Of a DNA stretch of 64,000 nt, positions 56,105 through 64,000 are shown in pieces. The translations under genes and the position numbers were made by a program. Under the pieces are notes generated by a model. That model was not told the DNA's origin, did not search any database, and was given only the letters and a program-made list of their open reading frames with translations. The stretch covers positions 192,001 to 256,000 of the forward strand of contig CAWJMT010000037.1 of assembly GCA_963844035.1 (NCBI GenBank), given 5' to 3'. How positions within the stretch are numbered: the stretch's first letter is position 1; every line of letters starts with the position of its first letter. This DNA is from an uncultured Gemmatimonadales bacterium. GTDB taxonomy: Bacteria > Gemmatimonadota > Gemmatimonadetes > Gemmatimonadales > GWC2-71-9.

Positions 56105-56786
56105 CCGGGCGGCCGGCGTTCGCGCTCGGCCTGCCCACCGCTCCTCGCCGCACCGCCCCGAGCGCTGCGCTTTCGTTCCTCCTCCACGGGGCGATCATCG
56201 GAGCCCTGGTGTGGGCCGGCGCGTCCCGCCGCCGCGCCGGTACCGGAGCCGGGCCCGACGGCGGCCGGCGGGGGCGGGGCCCGTTCGCCGGTGAACTTCT
56301 TCGTCCTGCGCGGGGGCGCCTCCGCCCCCTCCGCCGTAGACCTACCGGTCCCCAGCGTTGCCGTCACCAGTCTTCCCGCCCTCAGCCGCATCGCGGTCGA
56401 CCTGCCCCAGGTGAACCTCGGTCCCGACTCCGGCACCGGAGGCACCCCCGGGCCGGGCGCAAGCCCCGGGTCGGGGATCGGCTCCGGGGAGGGGTCTGGA
56501 ACGGGGGGCGAAGGCGATTACATTGTCATCGCCTCACCGCGGACGCATGATCGTTCCGCCGCAAGGCCCCCGGCTCGGTGGCCGGCCACACCTACCACGT
56601 CCGATTTTGGGTGGGGGCCGACGGGCGCGTCTACCCGGGTGGAGGTCGATCCACCGATCGCCGACGAGGCGTACCGCCGGGAGTTCCTCGAGCGCATGCT
56701 GGCGTACCAGTTCGTTCCCGCGCAAACGCGCGATGGGCGGAACGTCGCAAGCGTTCGTTACCGTCACTCTACGAATCGGACAATAG
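56104..56786 (+). CDS. Gly/Pro-rich TonB-like protein (frameshifted, start unclear)
   Basis: TM-like segment; G-rich linker; VRFWVGADGRV, YQFVPA..DG. Confidence 0.4.
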
Positions 56787-56822
56787 CCCGCCTGAGGCGG
56801 GCTCCAAGGAGCCGACTACCAC

Positions 56823-58958
<2,136 letters not shown>

Positions 58959-58966
58959 TGACGATT

Positions 58967-59033
58967 GGGGACGGGGGACGGGGGACGAGGGACGGGTGGT
59001 TACCCCGTCCCCCCTCCCTCGTCCCCCTTCCCG
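58967..59033. repeat. Intergenic inverted array of heptamers (4x GGGGACG, spacer, 4x CGTCCCC-like)
   Basis: GGGGACG x3 plus AGGGACG ... CGTCCCC CCTCCCT CGTCCCC CTTCCCG. Confidence 0.85.
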
Positions 59034-59041
59034 TTTAGCTC

Positions 59042-60541
59042 ATGTCCCAGCTCTTCTCCCGCAAACCCATTGCCGAACTGGTCGCCGACGCGTCCGGCCC
59101 TCACGGGCTGAAGCGCGCGCTCGGCGCCGGCGATCTCGTGATGCTCGCCATCGGCGCGGTGATCGGCGCCGGGATCTTTGGAGCGATTGGGACCGCCGCC
59201 GCCGGCCAGTACGACGCCGCCGGCAACGTGGTGCGCAGCGGCGCCGGACCGGCGCTCGTGGTTTCGTTCATGCTGCTGGGTGTCGCCTGCGCGCTCGCCG
59301 GCCTCTGCTACGCGGAGCTGGCCGCGATGATCCCCCAGGCCGGGAGCGCCTATGCCTACTCCTACGCGACGCTGGGGGAGCTGGTCGCCTGGATTATCGG
59401 CTGGGACCTGATCCTCGAGTACGCCGTCGGCAACGTCGCGGTCGCGATCTCGTGGGGCGACTACTTCACGTCGCTGCTCCGCAGCTTCGGCGTGGCGTTT
59501 CCCGCGTGGCTCACGACCGGGTACCGGACGGCGCTCCTGTCCCCCGATCCGGCGCTCCACGGCCTGCTGGACAGCGCGCCGCACCTCGCCGGCGTCCCGG
59601 TGCTCGTGAACGTGCCCGCGTTCGCGATCGTCATGCTCATCACGTGGCTGCTGCTGCTCGGGGTGCGCGAGAGCGCGACCGCGAACAACATCATGGTCAC
59701 CATCAAGCTGCTGGTGCTCGGCCTGTTCATCGTCGTCGGGCTGACCCACATCAATCCGGCGAACTACCAGCCGTTCGCCCCCAACGGGTTCCGGGGGATC
59801 CACCAGGGGGCGGCGATCGTCTTTTTCGCCTACATCGGCTTCGACGCGATCTCCACGGCCGCGGAGGAAACCAAGAACCCGCAGCGCAATCTCCCGATCG
59901 GCATCCTGGGCGGGCTCGCCATCTGCACGGTCATCTACGTGATCGTGGGCGCGGTCCTCACCGGGATGGTCCCCTACACCGAGCTCGGCGTGGCCGATCC
60001 GCTCGCGAAGGCGCTCAATAGCGCGGGGTTCCATACGGTGGGGTGGATCGTCGCGCTCGGGGCGATCGTCTCGATGTCCGCCGTGCTGCTGGTGTTCCAG
60101 TACGGGCAGCCGCGCATCTTCTACGCCATGGCGCGCGACGGCCTGCTCCCGCAGTGGGCCGCGAAACTGCACCCCAAACATCGGGTCCCGCATGTGACGA
60201 CCCTCTTGACCGGCATCGTCGTCGCCCTCTGGGCGCTGATCGGGGACGCCGCCGAGACGTACGATCTCACCAACATCGGTACGCTGTTCGCCTTCGCCCT
60301 GGTGGCGATCGGCGTGCTCGTGCTGCGCTACAAGGACCCTGACCGGCACCGGCCGTTCCGCGTGCCGTTCGTGTGGCCCATCTCGCTCACCGCCACCGCG
60401 CTGTGCGTGTTCGTGATGGTAGGCCTGCCCCGCCAGGCCTGGGAGCGGTTCGCGATCTGGCTCGCCCTGGGGATCGCGCTCTACTTCTTGTACGGAGTCC
60501 GCCACAGCCGCCTGCGCCGGTCCAAAGCCCCGCCGCCGTGA
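59042..60541 (+). CDS. Cationic amino acid permease (APC family)
   Basis: IGAVIGAGIF, CYAELA, AGSAYAYSY, FFAYIGFDA, GTLFAF. Confidence 0.92.
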   Translation: MSQLFSRKPIAELVADASGPHGLKRALGAGDLVMLAIGAVIGAGIFGAIGTAAAGQYDAAGNVVRSGAGPALVVSFMLLGVACALAGLCYAELAAMIPQAGSAYAYSYATLGELVAWIIGWDLILEYAVGNVAVAISWGDYFTSLLRSFGVAFPAWLTTGYRTALLSPDPALHGLLDSAPHLAGVPVLVNVPAFAIVMLITWLLLLGVRESATANNIMVTIKLLVLGLFIVVGLTHINPANYQPFAPNGFRGIHQGAAIVFFAYIGFDAISTAAEETKNPQRNLPIGILGGLAICTVIYVIVGAVLTGMVPYTELGVADPLAKALNSAGFHTVGWIVALGAIVSMSAVLLVFQYGQPRIFYAMARDGLLPQWAAKLHPKHRVPHVTTLLTGIVVALWALIGDAAETYDLTNIGTLFAFALVAIGVLVLRYKDPDRHRPFRVPFVWPISLTATALCVFVMVGLPRQAWERFAIWLALGIALYFLYGVRHSRLRRSKAPPP

Positions 60542-61830
60542 CGCGGCCCACCAGGATCGTCCTGGGTCTGGCACTCGGCGCGGCGTCAGGCATCGCCGCC
60601 CACGTGTTCGGAGCCGGGGCGCCGTGGGTGCAGTGGGTCGGTGACAACATCGCGAACCCCGCAGGCCAGATTTTCCTTCGTCTCCTCCTCATGACCGTGA
60701 TTCCACTGGTATTCACCTCCACTACCCTCGCAGTCGCCGGCTGGGGCGACATCCGCAAGGTGGGGCGCGTGGGTGCGCGGACGATCGGGTACTTCCTCGT
60801 ATCCACTGCCGCTGCCGCGGTCCTGGGACTGCTGCTCGTGCAGGTAGTGCGGCCAGGAGAAGGGGTGGAGCCGTCGGTGCGTGAAAGCCTGATGGCCACC
60901 TATCGCGCGCAGGCGCAGGGGATACAGGGAGGCGGCACGCGGTTCGGTCTCGAGACTTTCATCAATATGGTCCCGCGAAATCCGATTCAGGCGGCGGCCA
61001 ACCTCGACATCCTCGGCGTCATCGTGTTTGCCCTGGCGTTCGGCGCCGCCCTCGCGCTCATCCCGCGCGACAAGGCCCGGCCGATCCTGCGGGTGCTCGA
61101 CGCGCTGGAGCAGGCGATCGCCAAGATCATCGACGTCGTCATGCACCTCGCCCCCTTCGGCGTGTTCGCGCTGGTATTCGTCGCGACGGCGCAGTTCGGG
61201 TGGGAGTTGCTGCGGGATCTGGGGCCGTACGTTGCGGTCGTGCTGATCGGACTGGCGTTGCACTGCGCCATCGTGCTTTCGGCGCTGGTGCGCATCGCCG
61301 GAGGCTTGAGCCCCACGGTGTTCTGGGGGCGGATCGGCACCAGCATCGTGACGGCATTTTCCACCAGCTCGAGCACCGCCACGCTTCCCACCAATATCGC
61401 CGTGGCGGAGCGGGAGCTCGGGATCCCGCCCGAGATCGCCCGGTTCGTGCTGCCGCTCGGCTCCACGTTGTGCGCGAACGGGACGGCGCTGTTCCTGGCC
61501 GTCACGGTGCCGTTCCTGGTGCAGGTGTTCGGCATGACGCTCAACATCACGGCTCAGGGCGTGGTGCTTGTGCTGTGTGTGCTGACGGCGGCCGGCGCGG
61601 CTGGGATGCCCGGTGGAGCGCTCCCGATGTTGATAGCGGTGCTGGCGGCGGTGGGCATTGCGCCCGCGGGAATCGCGATCATCCTGGGCGTGGATCGCAT
61701 TCTCGACATGTCGCGGACGACCGTGAATGTCTGTGCGGGCCTGAGCGCCGCGGTGTATGTGGCGCGGAAGGAAAGCGCCTGGGGCGCGCACGCGGTGGGC
61801 CGGCCGGCGCCACCCACGCCGGCGGTCTAG
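60538..61830 (+). CDS. Dicarboxylate/amino acid:cation symporter (GltP family)
   Basis: AFSTSSSTATLP, ANGTA (variant of NMDGT), GVDRILDMSRTTVNV. Confidence 0.88.
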   Translation: MTRPTRIVLGLALGAASGIAAHVFGAGAPWVQWVGDNIANPAGQIFLRLLLMTVIPLVFTSTTLAVAGWGDIRKVGRVGARTIGYFLVSTAAAAVLGLLLVQVVRPGEGVEPSVRESLMATYRAQAQGIQGGGTRFGLETFINMVPRNPIQAAANLDILGVIVFALAFGAALALIPRDKARPILRVLDALEQAIAKIIDVVMHLAPFGVFALVFVATAQFGWELLRDLGPYVAVVLIGLALHCAIVLSALVRIAGGLSPTVFWGRIGTSIVTAFSTSSSTATLPTNIAVAERELGIPPEIARFVLPLGSTLCANGTALFLAVTVPFLVQVFGMTLNITAQGVVLVLCVLTAAGAAGMPGGALPMLIAVLAAVGIAPAGIAIILGVDRILDMSRTTVNVCAGLSAAVYVARKESAWGAHAVGRPAPPTPAV

Positions 61831-62765
61831 GCGAGCGCCGCGGCCAGCTTCAGCGCACCCACCGCCGAATCGATCCGCGTGGTGAACAGGTGCGCGCGAG
61901 GCATGTCGGTGGTGAGGATCTCCTTGAACGCGATCCCCACTGGCGAGTCGGGGCTGAGCAGCCCGCCCGCGGTCGCGAGGGGAATCGGCTCCGTGCCCGG
62001 GAAGTGCCGCTGCAGGGCGACGGCGAGTCCCACCAGCTCGCGGGCCGCGTCCGCCGCGGCGCGCTGAGCGATCGCTTCGCCTTCCCGCGCGGCGTTCAGG
62101 ACGTGGGGAGCGAGCGCCGCGACCTGCGATGGGGCGGCGGTGACCGACCAGCGGACCAGGTCGTCGAAGCTGCGCAGGCCGAGTGACGCCAGCAGTCGTG
62201 CGAGCAGCGTGGAGCCCTCACCACGGCCGTCGTGGGCGCGGGCGGCGACGTCGAGTGCGCGGCGTCCCAGCCAGTATCCGCCCCCTTCGTCGCCGAGCTG
62301 CCAGCCGTAGCCGCCGCAGCGATGCAGCGTTCCGCCCTCGTCGCGCGCGAACGCGATCGATCCCGTCCCGGCGTTCACGATGATCCCCGGTCCTGTCCCG
62401 AACACCGCCGCCAGCGCCACCGCGCCGTCGGGCAGGACGCGCACGGTGCGTGCGACCCCGGCCTCTCGCACCGCGGCGGCGAGCGCCTCCTGTTCCTGCG
62501 CGCGCCCGGCGCCCGCCGCGCCGATGACGGCGCGGTCGGCGGGAAGCGGCACTCCGGCCTGGGCCGCGGCGCGCCGTGCGGTATCGGCGATGACGGCGGC
62601 TGCCGTGGCCGCACCGCCGGGTTTCATCGCCGATGGGGGGCCCTCGGCGCGGCCTTGAATCGAGTGGTCCTCACGACCCACCACAACGGCGCAGTGAGAC
62701 GCGCCGCAATCGATACCTAGCAGGATGGCGGTCGGGCGGTCAGGCGGTCGGGCGGTCACCGGCAT
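61827..62765 (-). CDS. BadF-family N-acetylglucosamine/MurNAc kinase-like protein
   Basis: GIDCGAS, GAAG, AGTGS, GGYGWQLGDEGGG. Confidence 0.85.
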   Translation of the reverse strand: MPVTARPPDRPTAILLGIDCGASHCAVVVGREDHSIQGRAEGPPSAMKPGGAATAAAVIADTARRAAAQAGVPLPADRAVIGAAGAGRAQEQEALAAAVREAGVARTVRVLPDGAVALAAVFGTGPGIIVNAGTGSIAFARDEGGTLHRCGGYGWQLGDEGGGYWLGRRALDVAARAHDGRGEGSTLLARLLASLGLRSFDDLVRWSVTAAPSQVAALAPHVLNAAREGEAIAQRAAADAARELVGLAVALQRHFPGTEPIPLATAGGLLSPDSPVGIAFKEILTTDMPRAHLFTTRIDSAVGALKLAAALA

Positions 62766-62808
62766 CGGTTACGCCTTGACCGGCTGACCGGCTGACCGGC
62801 CGACCGCC
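62727..62808. repeat. Inverted array of octamers (4x GGCGGTCR, spacer, 4x YGACCGSC) spanning a gene junction
   Basis: Arms 62727-62758 and 62777-62808 are 28/32 complementary. Confidence 0.85.
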
Positions 62809-64000
62809 GACGACAACATCCCAACCGCCACCGTCAACGCCGTTCCGAGCGGGACGTACCAGGGCCACGCGAGTCCGGGCAGCCAGCGGACGGGGAAGTG
62901 CGGGATGACGGTGCCGAATACGATCGGGCTCATCAGCAGCGTGCTGGCGCATAGGGCGACGATCGCATCGCGTTGCCGCGCCCGCGGCCACATCCCGCCG
63001 AGTATGTAGGTGCCCAACAATCCCCCATAGGTGATGGACGCCACACTCAACGCCAGCTGCACAACCGGTGTGTTCTGGTTGCGGAACGCGCTGGCGCCCG
63101 CGACGAGCACCACGGTCCAGAAGAGCGTGAGCCAGCGTCCCACGCGCAGCAGGTGCATCGGGTCCCGCCGTCCGGTGAGCGGCGCATAGAAATCATAGGC
63201 CGACGCGGACGCGAGCGAGTTCACCGCCGAGGCGTGACTGCTCATCGCCGCGGCGAGGATGCCGGCCACGACCAGCCCGGCCAGGCCCGCGGGGAGCTGG
63301 GCGATCACGAACGTGGGATAGATCGCGTCGCTCCGCATCCCGGGCTGATCCGCGCCGGCCAGCCACAGGCTCGTGCCCACGAGCAGGAACAGGGCGAACT
63401 GGGCGATGATGAACACCCCGGACCCGATCAGCGCGCGCTGCGCGTCCCGCAGGTTGCGGGCGGCGAGCAGCCGCTGGACGATCAGGTGGTCGGTGCCGTG
63501 CGACGCTCCGGCCAGCAGGGCCCCGCCCACCAGGCCACCCCAGAACGTGTAGAGCACGGTGAACGACGTACGCAGATCGAACGTGGTGAGTTTCCCGGCG
63601 TCCCAGGCCCGTTCGTAGGCACCGATGCCGCCTGCCAGGTGCGTGGCGACGACCAGGGTCGCGATGCCGCCCAGCAGGTACACGCCGAGCTGGATGACAT
63701 CCACCCACACGACCGCGCGCAGCCCGCCGACCCACGTGTAGATCAACGTGACGAAGCCGATCGCCAGGATGCCCACGGTCATGTTCCAGTGCGTGATGAT
63801 CGCCAGCGGGATGGCCGTGGCGAAGATCCGGACGCAATCGGCCAGCGCGCGGGTCACGAGGAACACGGCGGATGCCGCGCGCCGCGCCGCGGGCCCGAAG
63901 CGGCGCTCGAGCCGCTGGTAGGCGGTGTCCTGGGTGCCCTCGAAGTAGCCCGGGAGCAGCAGGGCGGCGACGCCGATCCGTCCCACGAGATACCCGAACG
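62769..64000 (-). CDS. Sodium:solute symporter (SSS family); 5'-partial
   Basis: TAYQRLERRFG, YTWVGGLRAVVWVDVIQ, GTDHLIVQRLL, GILAAAMS. Confidence 0.9.
   Translation of the reverse strand, partial: FGYLVGRIGVAALLLPGYFEGTQDTAYQRLERRFGPAARRAASAVFLVTRALADCVRIFATAIPLAIITHWNMTVGILAIGFVTLIYTWVGGLRAVVWVDVIQLGVYLLGGIATLVVATHLAGGIGAYERAWDAGKLTTFDLRTSFTVLYTFWGGLVGGALLAGASHGTDHLIVQRLLAARNLRDAQRALIGSGVFIIAQFALFLLVGTSLWLAGADQPGMRSDAIYPTFVIAQLPAGLAGLVVAGILAAAMSSHASAVNSLASASAYDFYAPLTGRRDPMHLLRVGRWLTLFWTVVLVAGASAFRNQNTPVVQLALSVASITYGGLLGTYILGGMWPRARQRDAIVALCASTLLMSPIVFGTVIPHFPVRWLPGLAWPWYVPLGTALTVAVGMLSSAVGRSAGQPVKA

Overview
GC-rich bacterial window. The gene inventory (alternative complex III, ECF/anti-sigma, Hanks kinase, GWxTD protein, TonB-ExbBDD, H+-PPase) suggests Gemmatimonadota, which is an inference and not a database result. 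Many genes are split by single-base frameshifts, most simply read as long-read assembly indels. Main blocks: (1) 3' part of an actBCDEF operon followed by a cupredoxin lipoprotein; (2) VIT/vWA-ECF-anti-sigma, and a Ser/Thr kinase facing a BTAD regulator; (3) a probable sphingolipid cluster (SPT-like, GNAT ceramide-synthase-like, reductase, Aur1/IPC-synthase-like PAP2) converging on an NPP/DedA/Cu-monooxygenase-like/HAD operon; (4) an M6 metalloprotease; (5) a compact Calvin-cycle island, tal-prk <- -> cbbL-cbbS-cbbX-prk, with no cbbR in the window but with two near-perfect TTGTGAA-N4-TTCACAA (Rex-type) boxes, one before each divergent arm; (6) two identical tRNA-Ala(TGC) genes in a tandemly duplicated, decaying cassette; (7) housekeeping, transport and oxidative-stress genes. 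The best candidate for a new system is the apparently redox (Rex)-controlled, CbbR-free CBB island with two atypical PRKs and a transaldolase.
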